IMG/VR virus record: IMGVR_UViG_3300044814_000107
Span: 3,224-67,223 of that record
Direction: 5' to 3' (one strand)
DNA length: 64,000 nt
Source of the DNA: a virus
Lineage: Duplodnaviria > Heunggongvirae > Uroviricota > Caudoviricetes
Below are positions 9,548 to 18,314 of this stretch, one piece after another. The translations under genes and the position numbers were made by a program. Below the pieces are notes generated by a model. It was not told where the DNA came from, searched no databases, and worked only from the letters and a program-made list of their open reading frames with translations. Numbering within the stretch: position 1 is the first letter of the stretch; the number at the start of each line of letters is the position of its first letter.

Positions 9548-11986
9548 CTAGACCTCGGCCTGCGCCGTGAGCTCGCGAATCTCGGCCTCCTGCTCCGCCG
9601 AGATCCCCTCGAGGAGGATCCCCGCGGCGGTCAGCGTCACGACCTCCGCGTTCTCGCCGTCCGAGACCCCGAGCGCGTGCTGCCGCGGTACCGGAAATCC
9701 CGGCACGTTCACGGCGAGCAGAGCGATGAGCTCGAGGTTGCCGTCGACGCCGCGCCAATCTCCCGAGACGGTCGCGCCGCGCAGCAGGCGCAGCTTCTCC
9801 TCCGAGAGTTCCGGGCTGATCGCGCCGGCGAACCAGCCGCCGAACTCGTCCTCGCCGAAGTTGACGTGCGCTACGACGGTTCCCGTGTGGTCGTAGTGCC
9901 GGGTCGCCTGCTGGCGGGAGAGTCGCTGGCCGGCGTGCGCCGTATCGAGCGTGATCTTGCCGACCGCGAGCTGCTCGCCGTCCTCGCACTCGATCTCGCC
10001 GAGACGGAAGTAGGCGTATTCGGTCTCCGAGTGGGGAGCCGTGACGCACCCGTCGAACGAGAGGTGGCAGGTCTCCCACTCCCAGGCGTGGCCATAGACG
10101 CGACCATCGGGCGTGATCGTCATAGGCGTCAGCTCGGTCAGCTCGGGGTTCTGGAACCACTCGGCGGGCGGCGTAACCGGCGCGAGACCAGCAGCGGCCG
10201 CCGTCAGCGCGGTCGCAGCCTCGACCGCCTCGATGATCTCCGTGATCGGAGGGACGGTCTCGATGGTTTCCTCGGTGCAGCCGCAGTCGAACTCGACGCC
10301 GGACGCGACGAGCGCATCGCAGTCGACCTCGAACTCACTGGTCATTCCCTCGAAGCGGTAGAGCGGAGCGCCGGCGGACGCTGCGAGCGCGATGCTCGCT
10401 CCGCCGAACGCCGGGAACGGGCAGACGGTCGCCATACCGATGACGCCCTTCGTAATGACGAGGATCATCTGCTCGTCGCCGCCGAACAGGCGCTCGACAG
10501 CCTCCTCGAGCGACGGCGGCTCGCCGGCGGGAACCCACTCGCCGTCCTCGCCCTGCTGCGCGATCCAGTCCCCGTCGTCGCCGAACCAGTCGGAGCGCGG
10601 ACCGCGTTCCCACTCGAGCGGCGCGATGTCCACGCTCAGGCCGGTCAGCTCCTTCTCGGCGACCATCCTGGCAATCTGCTGGCCGTACTCCTCCTTCGAG
10701 AAGACGCCGGCCGCCTTGACGAGCTCTCCCTCGCGCCAGAGCTGGTCGATCCGGCCCGCGACCTTCGCGCCGTCGTGGCCGCCTTCCGCGGACGTCTCGA
10801 TCATCGCCATCAGGGTCAGCGGCAGATCGCGCGACCCCTCGTCGGGCGGCAGGATCAGCGCGCCTGGCGCGAACGCGCGGCCGTCCTCGGTCAGGACTCC
10901 CTCGGGCACGAACGTCGCCGTCCACGGGATCGACCCGTCGGTCGGCCGCGCCGTGTCGGCGGGTGCCGGAGTTGGCTCGCCGCTCGGCCCCGGCAGGATC
11001 TCGGCCGGCTCGTGCTCGGCCGGGATCGCGGGAGCGGTCGCCCCGTCCGCCAGTACGACGTCGCGAAGGGCGAAGCGGAACTTCGCCGACGCGGACATCA
11101 CGTCGGCGTCGTCGGGACTCTCGATCCAGCCGCTCTCGACGGTGACCCAGTCGGAGCGGTCGGAGAGGACGGGCTCGCCAACCCCGTCGATCGTGATGGG
11201 CGCGACGAAGTAGTCATCGCCGTCGCAGATCAGAACCTTGTCGAGCTTCACGCCGGCGTCGATCGCGCGCGGCCCGTCGAACGGCTCGCACCATTCGCTC
11301 GCGTAGCCGTCGCTGCGGCCACCCGAGAGGGTGTGGTTCACATCGCAGAGCAGGTCGACGAAGCCGTCCTCCGGCCCCCATGCGACGTCGCCGGCTGCGG
11401 CCTCGAGCGCGAGCAGCGTCCGGCGCGCGATGCGCGCGATCTCCTGCTCGCACCCCTCGAGGTCGGGCCTGACCGCGACCATCGCCGCGGCGAGAGCCTG
11501 TACGTCGGGCTCGGACTCGGGGTAGGCGAACTCGCCGCACCGGCAGGTGCCGCGGCCGTCCTCGTGAGCGCAGGTTCCGCCGGCGCCGGAGTGTTCGGAG
11601 AAGGGATGAGTGCAGGAGCAGCGGACGGCGGCCTGGTACGCCTCGAGCGCCTTGAGCGCCTCGTCCTCCGGCTGCATCTTCGCGCCGGGCTGGTTCTCCT
11701 TCAGCCGCTTGTCGGGCTTCGTCGCGGGGTTCGGCTTACCGCCGAGTTCGAGAGGGGCGAGCGCCTCGGCGAGCTGCGCGCGCTGCTCATCGGTGAGATC
11801 CGCGCCGATGACGAGCTCCTCGGAGTCGTCGGGAACGCCGACCTCGGTTGCGGCTGCGACGAGTTCGCGGATCTGCGCGATGTCCTCGGCCCCGAGGCGC
11901 TCGGTGCCCTGGACCCTGCGGCCGGCCGCGCGCCGTGCGCGCCTCCGGTCCTGCGCGTTCCCTCCACTGACGGTGCGACGGGCCAT
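9548..11986 (-). CDS. large hypothetical phage protein (812 aa) with an N-terminal Cys/His cluster
   Basis: GAAGGAGGAACGGG precedes the ATG at 11986. The product is an acidic 812-aa protein with a CSCTHPFSEHSGAGGTCAHEDGRGTCRCGEF cluster. It sits between the MuF-like gene and the AAA ATPase in the head-gene region. Its function cannot be assigned from sequence. Confidence 0.6.
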   Translation of the reverse strand: MARRTVSGGNAQDRRRARRAAGRRVQGTERLGAEDIAQIRELVAAATEVGVPDDSEELVIGADLTDEQRAQLAEALAPLELGGKPNPATKPDKRLKENQPGAKMQPEDEALKALEAYQAAVRCSCTHPFSEHSGAGGTCAHEDGRGTCRCGEFAYPESEPDVQALAAAMVAVRPDLEGCEQEIARIARRTLLALEAAAGDVAWGPEDGFVDLLCDVNHTLSGGRSDGYASEWCEPFDGPRAIDAGVKLDKVLICDGDDYFVAPITIDGVGEPVLSDRSDWVTVESGWIESPDDADVMSASAKFRFALRDVVLADGATAPAIPAEHEPAEILPGPSGEPTPAPADTARPTDGSIPWTATFVPEGVLTEDGRAFAPGALILPPDEGSRDLPLTLMAMIETSAEGGHDGAKVAGRIDQLWREGELVKAAGVFSKEEYGQQIARMVAEKELTGLSVDIAPLEWERGPRSDWFGDDGDWIAQQGEDGEWVPAGEPPSLEEAVERLFGGDEQMILVITKGVIGMATVCPFPAFGGASIALAASAGAPLYRFEGMTSEFEVDCDALVASGVEFDCGCTEETIETVPPITEIIEAVEAATALTAAAAGLAPVTPPAEWFQNPELTELTPMTITPDGRVYGHAWEWETCHLSFDGCVTAPHSETEYAYFRLGEIECEDGEQLAVGKITLDTAHAGQRLSRQQATRHYDHTGTVVAHVNFGEDEFGGWFAGAISPELSEEKLRLLRGATVSGDWRGVDGNLELIALLAVNVPGFPVPRQHALGVSDGENAEVVTLTAAGILLEGISAEQEAEIRELTAQAEV

Positions 11987-12095
11987 CCCGTTCCTCCTTC
12001 TTCAGGAGCGCTCCCTGCTCGGGAGTTGCTCGAATCGAGGAGGTTCTAGCACGGGAACTCCGCCGCGACCAGCCGCGCAGCGGAGTTCAGGGGAG

Positions 12096-12277
12096 GATCA
12101 GGCCGCGCTACGTTCGTCCGGGTCGACGCCGTGCTGGTAGACGAGGTGCTGCCTGAGGTTCCAGACAGCCGACTCTCGTGAGGAGCGGAGAAACTGGCGA
12201 CCGCAGTCCTCGACCTCGCAGCACGCGACGTAACGCTTCGCGACGGGGTCGTAGGTGACGTTCAGTTCGCGAGCCAC
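12096..12277 (-). CDS. possible small Cys-containing protein (about 59 aa)
   Basis: Own translation, below the track length threshold. A GTG start sits directly after the TAG of the upstream gene. The product reads VARELNVTYDPVAKRYVACCEVEDCGRQFLRSS... Confidence 0.25.
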
Positions 12278-12628
12278 CTAGACCTCCTCCGCGAGCGCGA
12301 TGGTCCACTTGCCCGCGTCGAGCGCCGGCGTATTCCCCGTGCCCTGACCGACCTCGATACACCCGGTCAGGTCGCGCACGACGTCCTCCGTCGCGAACGG
12401 CGCGTCGGGGGGAAGCTCGACGTTCAGGTGGACCAAGATCGTCCTCGGGACCGCGATCAGCGTCGCCCCGGAGACGGGGCAGCAGTGGGTCGTCCCGTGC
12501 CGCGGCTCCTTCAGACGGAGATCCCCGCGCCAGTAGTCAATGACCTCGAACTCCACCTTGCCGTAGCGGGAGTCCCTGACCTTCGACCCGATGGGGAACT
12601 GTTCGCTCAGATCAGACTGCGTGTGCAT
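12278..12628 (-). CDS. hypothetical protein
   Basis: GAGGAGG precedes the ATG at 12628. The 116-aa product is protein-like. Confidence 0.55.
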   Translation of the reverse strand: MHTQSDLSEQFPIGSKVRDSRYGKVEFEVIDYWRGDLRLKEPRHGTTHCCPVSGATLIAVPRTILVHLNVELPPDAPFATEDVVRDLTGCIEVGQGTGNTPALDAGKWTIALAEEV

Positions 12629-12861
12629 CCTCGCCTCCTCTCGGGTCTTCGCGAGCGGCGCAGAGGCGGCCGCGCACGGACTCGAGCAGCTCGAGCGGCC
12701 CAGCAGGAAGGCCGTCGAGACGATCCAGCGTCTCCACCGGAAACAGACACGGGGAGTAGAATCGAGCCGTGGCTGAGCCGCAGAAGAAGAAGGACGAGAT
12801 CGGAGAGCTCCTCGCTGAGGACGAGAACGCGACCGTCGTCGAGGGGCAGCAGGAAGCCTGG

Positions 12862-13152
12862 CTACTGACGGGCGACGCCGTCAAGATCGCCCACGACGCG
12901 CTGCCCGTCCCGAAGCGCAAATAGACGCGGCTTCCCGCTTACCTTCTGACGGACGAGCTCGAGTACGCCCTCGCCGCTCGTCGGCTCCTCCCATCCCGGC
13001 GACATCGCGCGCAGCGACCCGACGAGGACGGGTGGCCCGTACGAGTCCATGAGCAGGTCGTAGACGCGGCCGAGTTCTTGGCCGTCCGAGTCTGAGCCGA
13101 CGTCGACGAGATAGCGGTGGTCGCCCTGCTGCGCGATGATCTTGACGTCCAT
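12862..13152 (-). CDS. hypothetical protein
   Basis: The ATG at 13152 overlaps the stop of the upstream gene (ATGA). The sequence is protein-like. Confidence 0.5.
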   Translation of the reverse strand: MDVKIIAQQGDHRYLVDVGSDSDGQELGRVYDLLMDSYGPPVLVGSLRAMSPGWEEPTSGEGVLELVRQKVSGKPRLFALRDGQRVVGDLDGVARQ

Positions 13153-13631
13153 CAGATGTCCCCCAGGAAGTCCGCGTCGTGCGCGACGAACGCGGCGCTG
13201 CGGACGAGAGAGTCGAGGATGACGGTTCGCTCGTTGGCGCGCTTCGCGATGTCGCGTAGTTCCTTCGCGACATCGACGCTGGTCGGCGTCTCAGGCAGAT
13301 TCGTCTGGACGACCTGCTCGCCCTCGTAGTTCGCCGAGAGCGAGGTCAGCGCCTCGACGGCGTCCTTTAGCGACTGCGCGTGCTCGCGGCTGATGATCAG
13401 GTCGCGGTCCGGGGTGATCCCGCCGATGTCCGCAGTCGTAAGGCCTCCGTGGAGCTCGACCTCGACGTACTGCATCACGTCGGGAAGCGAGCCGTCCTCG
13501 GCGGCTTGAAGGATGTCGAAGTTCCCGGCCCAAGAGCCGATGCCGGGACTTGCGAGCGATGTCGGCGAGAGGTGGTTGGCGAGACCCTCGCGGTACGAAT
13601 CGCCCATCGCGAAGGTCGCGCGGCTGTTCAC
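13152..13631 (-). CDS. hypothetical protein
   Basis: The 159-aa product is protein-like. It is the first gene downstream of the IS insertion site. Confidence 0.55.
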   Translation of the reverse strand: MNSRATFAMGDSYREGLANHLSPTSLASPGIGSWAGNFDILQAAEDGSLPDVMQYVEVELHGGLTTADIGGITPDRDLIISREHAQSLKDAVEALTSLSANYEGEQVVQTNLPETPTSVDVAKELRDIAKRANERTVILDSLVRSAAFVAHDADFLGDI

Positions 13632-13762
13632 GGCCGGGTTGAGGTTGACGATGATGTCGCCATACTCGCCGACAGCGCCACCCTCGTTCGCGGTCCCGGC
13701 GAGGTAGCCATAGATCGGGGATGACTTACTTGACTAACCCCGAGAGGCAAGAGAGGCATAGG

Positions 13763-14482
13763 ATGGCACCTGTTCGGTGCCGTCAACCGCAGGAGGTTCC
13801 CTTGACGCTTCTCTACGACTCGTTCGGTGTTCGCCGTGTGTGGATCGACGTGAACTTCTGGCCCGAACTCCGTGACTTCCGACCAGGGGAACTATCGCAG
13901 CTCTACGCCCATCTCAACTCTGACGATCTCTTCTTGTCGTGCGACCTGAACTCCAACCAGGGCGCACGATTCGATGGGGAGCAATGGGCCTACGACATTA
14001 CGAGCGACCGGCTTGCGCTCAGATGCTTCGGCTACGAGTCCGTTGAACATCTACGTGGCCGTATCCGCGAAATGCTCAGAGGCACCCGAGAGTTCTTTGC
14101 GCCTCGCCGCGTCGCCTTCTTCGTCGATGAAGTTCGGATGTTCGGGGTCGTCCCGGATGACCGCGACCGTCCTATCGGCGAAGTCGTGCGCAAGCGTCTC
14201 CTGCGGGGAACGAAGGCCGAGGAGCTTGAGGGGCTGCCAGGACTCGTCGGCGCCGGTCTGCGGCTCGTAGGAGATACGGACGAGTTCCATTGGCATGCCA
14301 ACATTGAGCCCCCGCATGGCTCCTATGGCGTTCTCGGGCTGGGTGTAGAGGCTTACTTCACGCCGGATGTTGAACCGCCCACGCCCGAGACAGACATTGA
14401 GAGAATCAGCGGACAGGTCGATACTGCGTATACGTTTCTAAACGACCAAGTGAGGGAGTTTGCTAGCAAGCTCTTTCACTAG
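13763..14482 (+). CDS. hypothetical protein (IS cargo)
   Basis: Track ORF 13721..14482, trimmed to MAPVRCRQ, which is preceded by gagaggcatagg. The product is protein-like, with no recognisable family. Confidence 0.5.
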   Translation: MAPVRCRQPQEVPLTLLYDSFGVRRVWIDVNFWPELRDFRPGELSQLYAHLNSDDLFLSCDLNSNQGARFDGEQWAYDITSDRLALRCFGYESVEHLRGRIREMLRGTREFFAPRRVAFFVDEVRMFGVVPDDRDRPIGEVVRKRLLRGTKAEELEGLPGLVGAGLRLVGDTDEFHWHANIEPPHGSYGVLGLGVEAYFTPDVEPPTPETDIERISGQVDTAYTFLNDQVREFASKLFH

Positions 14483-14499
14483 AACAGGAGGAACGGAAG

Positions 14500-14658
14500 A
14501 TGGGTACAGCACGGATCCAGGACGCGGCGATTTCTGCTGCGCGCCGGAAGCGAACTCAGCGGCTCCGCGAGGAGCAGCGCGAGGACTGGGATCGCTTCAA
14601 GAGCTTGACGCGGACGCTCGTCCGCACGCCGAAAGACAAGACCCCCAAGTCCTAGCTA
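14500..14658 (+). CDS. possible small basic protein (52 aa)
   Basis: Own translation. AGGAGGAACGGAAG precedes the ATG. The product reads MGTARIQDAAISAARRKRTQRLREEQREDWDRFKSL... Confidence 0.3.
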
Positions 14659-14668
14659 GTGCGGCTAG

Positions 14669-14890
14669 CTAGCGAAGAACGCCAGAAGCGCGGAGTTGCC
14701 TCAGCGCGTTAGCGGCGATCCGATTCGTGCGCTCGATCTCTGGGCGCCTGCGACGCATCTGATCGCGCGCAGCGCGAAGCGAAGCCTCGTTGTCCCGAAG
14801 CTGTCGCTGAACGCGGGCCAAGAGTTCGCGATCGGATGCGGTCACGAGAGACAGAGTATCGGCGGAAGGGCGGCCTCGGTCAAGAGTCAC
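14669..14890 (-). CDS. small coiled-coil protein
   Basis: AAGGAGG precedes a GTG start that overlaps the upstream stop (GTGA). Confidence 0.4.
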   Translation of the reverse strand: MTLDRGRPSADTLSLVTASDRELLARVQRQLRDNEASLRAARDQMRRRRPEIERTNRIAANALRQLRASGVLR

Positions 14891-15408
14891 AGTTCCTCCT
14901 TAAGCCGAGCAATTTCAACCAGAGCGGCTTGGTAATTCGTGTTCAGGTCGGCAATCAGCTGATCCGACTGTTCGACGCGCTCTTCAAGTTCGGTGCGGCG
15001 GTCGAACTCCTCCTCCCACCATCCCTGCCACTGTTCGACGGCGCCCCGAAGATCCTCAAACGCCTGCGTCTCCAGGGGTCCGAACTTGGACATCCAGTGG
15101 CCCGCCTTACCCCGCTTCCAGAACGAGATGACCATGAATATCGCGGCGACCGCAAGGACGCCGGCGGCGGAGAGCAGGACGAGGCGCGCGGCGAACAACA
15201 CCAGGTTGTTCGCGAAGATGACGTCGATGAAGTTCGGGTTCTTCTGCAGCGGGTGCTGATTGGGGTAGACCCGGTACACAAGTAGTGCGACGGGAGCCAG
15301 GAGTACAAGAAGGGCCACGGCTCCTCTGACAGGATGCTGCTGTTCGGCCGCCTGCGGTTCGGCCTCGGAGCCAGCGTCAGGCAGACCAGCAGCGGGCGGC
15401 TCAACCAT
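14887..15408 (-). CDS. membrane protein with a C-terminal coiled coil
   Basis: Two hydrophobic helices (AVALLVLLAPVALLVY and LLSAAGVLAVAAIFMVISF) are followed by a coiled-coil tail. Confidence 0.5.
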   Translation of the reverse strand: MVEPPAAGLPDAGSEAEPQAAEQQHPVRGAVALLVLLAPVALLVYRVYPNQHPLQKNPNFIDVIFANNLVLFAARLVLLSAAGVLAVAAIFMVISFWKRGKAGHWMSKFGPLETQAFEDLRGAVEQWQGWWEEEFDRRTELEERVEQSDQLIADLNTNYQAALVEIARLKEEL

Positions 15409-15451
15409 GCGGGACCGAGCCTACTACCCGCACCGGTCAATTTCGCCTAGA

Positions 15452-15532
15452 GGTGCGGCCCCGGAAGGATTCGAACCTTCGACCGTCCCCTGAGACCAGC
15501 AGGGCGCTCTGTCCACTGAGCTACGGGGCCGC
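15452..15532 (-). tRNA. tRNA-Thr (anticodon GGT)
   Basis: Minus-strand sequence GCGGCCCCGTAGCTCAGTGGACAGAGCGCCCTGCTGGTCTCAGGGG...GGTTCGAATCCTTCCGGGGCCGCACC. The acceptor stem is a perfect 7 bp, the D-arm is canonical, the anticodon loop is CTGGTCT and the T-loop is GGTTCGAATCC. It lies inside the IS insertion. Confidence 0.75.
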
Positions 15533-15716
15533 TGCGGTCCACAGGCTACGAAGTGGTGCGGACGGAACCCCGCGCAAAGGTCCTGCAAATGAGGCACTGT
15601 TGCGCCGTCCGGTTGAGGGACCTAAACTCTGTTTGCCTGAGACCAGCGTTCTAGGCGCTGAGCTGCGGGGCATTCCCGTTGCACAGCGGAGCGGCCCTGC
15701 GGGGCCGCTCCAACGT

Positions 15717-16229
15717 CTAGGAGGCGGTGAGTTCGAGCCAGGTCAGGCGTCGGCCGAACGCTGTGCCGAGTACGGCGGCGAAGCGGTCGTAGTCGGTGAG
15801 CTTGCGGAGGTTGTAGGCGAGCGTCCGCTCGTCCAAGTACCGGTTCAGGTGTGCCGGATCGACGCTGATGTACGTGCCGTACAGCGACCGCTTCAAGACC
15901 GACCAGAAGTTCTCGATGGTGTTCGTGTGGGTATCGCCGTCCACGTAGCCGTTCATGTGGTTGATGGACGAGTGCTTGAAGCCGTACTCCCAGAGCGCGT
16001 CGTAGGCGCGAGCATTGTCCGTGTAGACGGTCGCTCCGCGCTCGACGGTGTTGACCACATGGCCTTTGAGCGATTGGTGCCCCGCGTCAGGGACGACGCT
16101 CGCGCGGACTTCGCCGCCGCGCTCGACGGCCCCAACGACGACCGTCTTGCTCTTGCGAGTGGCCCTCTGGCGAGCGTTCATCTTCGCGGCCTTCGCGCCG
16201 ACGAACGTTTCGTCAAAAGGGGTATCCAC
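15717..16229 (-). pseudogene. IS1595 (ISXO2-like) transposase, C-terminal DDE fragment
   Basis: The ORF resumes at FDETFVGAKAAKMNARQRATRK...GHVVNTVERGATVYTDNARAY. It is separated from the N-terminal fragment by the MITE-like insertion. Confidence 0.8.
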
Positions 16230-16418
16230 TTACGTGGCCCGATTGTGACGTGGCCCGATTGTGCTGGGAAACGTCGCAACACTTAGACATCGAGTCCTCC
16301 GTGGCAGATGAAGCGCAGGCAGCCAAACTTGCCGCAGCGAGGACAGATGAACCAGCGCCCCACCATCGGATTGGTTCTCCCGGTACTCGCTGAATGGGTC
16401 ATCTAAGTGGATACCCCC
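16217..16418. mobile_element. MITE-like miniature insertion (~200 bp) splitting the transposase gene
   Basis: Terminal inverted repeats aaaggggtatccactta and taagtggataccccctt are flanked by a direct repeat tttcgtcaa. An internal 14-bp direct repeat gtggcccgattgtg occurs twice. The insertion site falls exactly at the EIDE/TFVG junction of the transposase. Confidence 0.55.
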
Positions 16419-16827
16419 TTTCGTCAATCTCGACCTCACCGCTGAACTTCTCGAAGCTCCCGCGCCGCATCGCTTCGCGGACCCGATGGAGGACGAACCA
16501 CGCCGACTTCTGAGTGATCCCGAGCGACCGGCCGAGTTCATGCGAGCTGATCCCGTTCTTCGAGTTCGCAACCAGCCAGATAGCCGGAAGCCACTTGTCG
16601 AAGCCGAGCGCGGAGTCCTCGAAGATCGTGCCGACCTTGACGCTGAACTGCCGCTTGCAGGACTTGCACTTCCACCTGCGCTGATTGGCCAGGTAGGAGT
16701 GTTCGGGAGCGCCGCAGGACGGGCAGACAGGGCCATCGGGCCAACGCAGATCGGCCACGAACTTGGTGGCTACGTCGAGGTTGGAGAAGTAGCGGATCAC
16801 TTCGAGGAGGTTCGTGGGTTCGTTCAT
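16399..16827 (-). pseudogene. IS1595 (ISXO2-like) transposase, N-terminal zinc-ribbon fragment
   Basis: The product reads PDGPVCPSCGAPEHSYLANQRRWKCKSCKRQFSVKVGTIFE and ends ...SGEVEIDERGYPLR* at the MITE boundary. Confidence 0.8.
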
Positions 16828-16900
16828 AAGGGTTACTCTACTACCTCACGGCTGGTTAGTCAAGTAAGTCATCCCCCATAGATCGGACGCTTCTCCGGCG

Positions 16901-18307
16901 TCACATAGCGGTCGTAGCCGAACATTCTGCGCTCGGACTCAGCTCGCCCCGCGACCATGTTGGGAGTGACGCCGGGGGGCCATACGTCAGGACGCACCGG
17001 CAAGCGCAGACCTCTCCCGGATCGCCGTCCGGGTCGCCGGGGAACTGGAGCTGGTCCTCGCCGACCTGGAAGGTTCCGTCAAGCTCGACCGTCTGGCCGT
17101 CGAGGCCGGCGTAGAGCTCGTGGCGGGGGTATTTCGCGCCCGGCGCTGTCCGCCACGTCTTCGAGTAGTTCTGGCCGGTCGCGCCGGCGACGAGCTGCGT
17201 CGCGGCGAGCGAGCCACCATTTGCGGCGCCCGCCAACTCTGTACGCGCAATCAGCGTCGCCCTGGTCGCGGACGCGGCCTTCATCCCGGCGCGGATCGCG
17301 GTCGCTGTCTGCGGGATCGTGAGGCCGTTCTGATAGGCGGACTGGATGATCCGCATGACGTTGAGCTGCGTCGTCTCCGCGATGCTCGTGATCTGGCTGG
17401 CGCTCTGCGCCAAGACCCTCGCGGTCAGCGGGTTCGTCACGTCCCACGAGAGGCCCGCCTGCTCGAGCGCCGGCGTCATCGTCTGCTCGATCATCGCCTT
17501 GCGGACGGGCTCGGTCTTCTGCAGGAGATCGGCGACGAGCTGGTCGACGTCGATGACCTCGTCGGGGAACGGTGCCGACCACGTCGGCGGCTCGCCGGCA
17601 GCGGTCAGCGACGGCACGCCCACGAGCGGGACAACGACCTCCTCGCTATCGCCGCGCACGACGTGGATCGCGTCGAAGTGGAGCGGCTTCCCCGCGGCGC
17701 GCTCGATCGCCGCGTCCCGCTCCTCGGTCGAGGGGTCGGAGTGGACGGTGATATGAGCGGCGAATCCGTGCTGCCTGCCGTAGTCGATCCGCGCCTCGAG
17801 CAGCGCCTCGGTGACGGCGACGCGGAGCTCGACGAGGCCGCGCACGTCGGGGAGCAGGATCCCGACGCCGGGGAAGAGGCCGTAGCCGCCGACGACGCCG
17901 GTCAGCGGGGCGAGCGAGGCGGCGACCGGCCGTAGCGCGTCCGCGATCTCCTCGAGCGGCTGCTCCGTCTGGCCGAGATAGGCGAGCGTCACGTGAAGAC
18001 GCGCCGGCGGATCTCCGTCGGGATCGGCGATCGCCTCAGCCTCGTCGAAGCGGGGCCGCAGGCAGACCATCGTCGCGGTCGCCGAGACGTTCTCGTTCCC
18101 AGCCGCGGCGGTCAGGTGGTTCGTCGCCTTCTGCTCGAAACGGTGCGCGGCGCGCGCACCGGCGCGCGCGAGGATCGGGACTAGAACCCTCGCGAGTCTC
18201 CCCTCGAGAGCGTCTACGCGCTCCTGCGCCGCCGCCAGGACATCGTTGTGCTGTGCGGGGGTCACCCGTACGGCCTTCCTCCGAGCTGTCGACGCAGCCC
18301 TAGCCAC
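16901..18307 (-). CDS. MuF-like head morphogenesis protein with an N-terminal 2H-phosphoesterase-like domain
   Basis: AAGGAG precedes the GTG start. The C-terminus matches the Phage_Mu_F domain (ARTELAGAANGG...YSKTWRTAPGAKYPRHELYAGLDGQTVELDGTFQV). The N-terminus has the paired HxT motifs of a 2H phosphoesterase (LHVTLAYLG and AAHITVH). Confidence 0.75.
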   Translation of the reverse strand: MARAASTARRKAVRVTPAQHNDVLAAAQERVDALEGRLARVLVPILARAGARAAHRFEQKATNHLTAAAGNENVSATATMVCLRPRFDEAEAIADPDGDPPARLHVTLAYLGQTEQPLEEIADALRPVAASLAPLTGVVGGYGLFPGVGILLPDVRGLVELRVAVTEALLEARIDYGRQHGFAAHITVHSDPSTEERDAAIERAAGKPLHFDAIHVVRGDSEEVVVPLVGVPSLTAAGEPPTWSAPFPDEVIDVDQLVADLLQKTEPVRKAMIEQTMTPALEQAGLSWDVTNPLTARVLAQSASQITSIAETTQLNVMRIIQSAYQNGLTIPQTATAIRAGMKAASATRATLIARTELAGAANGGSLAATQLVAGATGQNYSKTWRTAPGAKYPRHELYAGLDGQTVELDGTFQVGEDQLQFPGDPDGDPGEVCACRCVLTYGPPASLPTWSRGELSPSAECSATTAM

Positions 18308-18314
18308 GGCTCGA

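Larger units (their letters stand above)
13718..16878. mobile_element. IS1595-family insertion (~3.2 kb) carrying cargo genes and a tRNA
   Basis: Perfect 23-bp terminal inverted repeats: ggggatgacttacttgactaacc at the left end and ggttagtcaagtaagtcatcccc at the right end. They are flanked by an 8-bp direct repeat CATAGATC (left flank ...gccatagatc, right flank catagatcgg...). A split ISXO2-like (IS1595) transposase lies just inside the right end. The element is inserted in the MuF-downstream intergenic region. Confidence 0.6.

Noticed and set aside
8216-12049. A 1277-aa plus-strand ORF
   Set aside because: It is antisense to the AAA ATPase and the 812-aa gene. Its composition is extreme Arg/Leu/Asp/Glu low complexity, and it has no start context.
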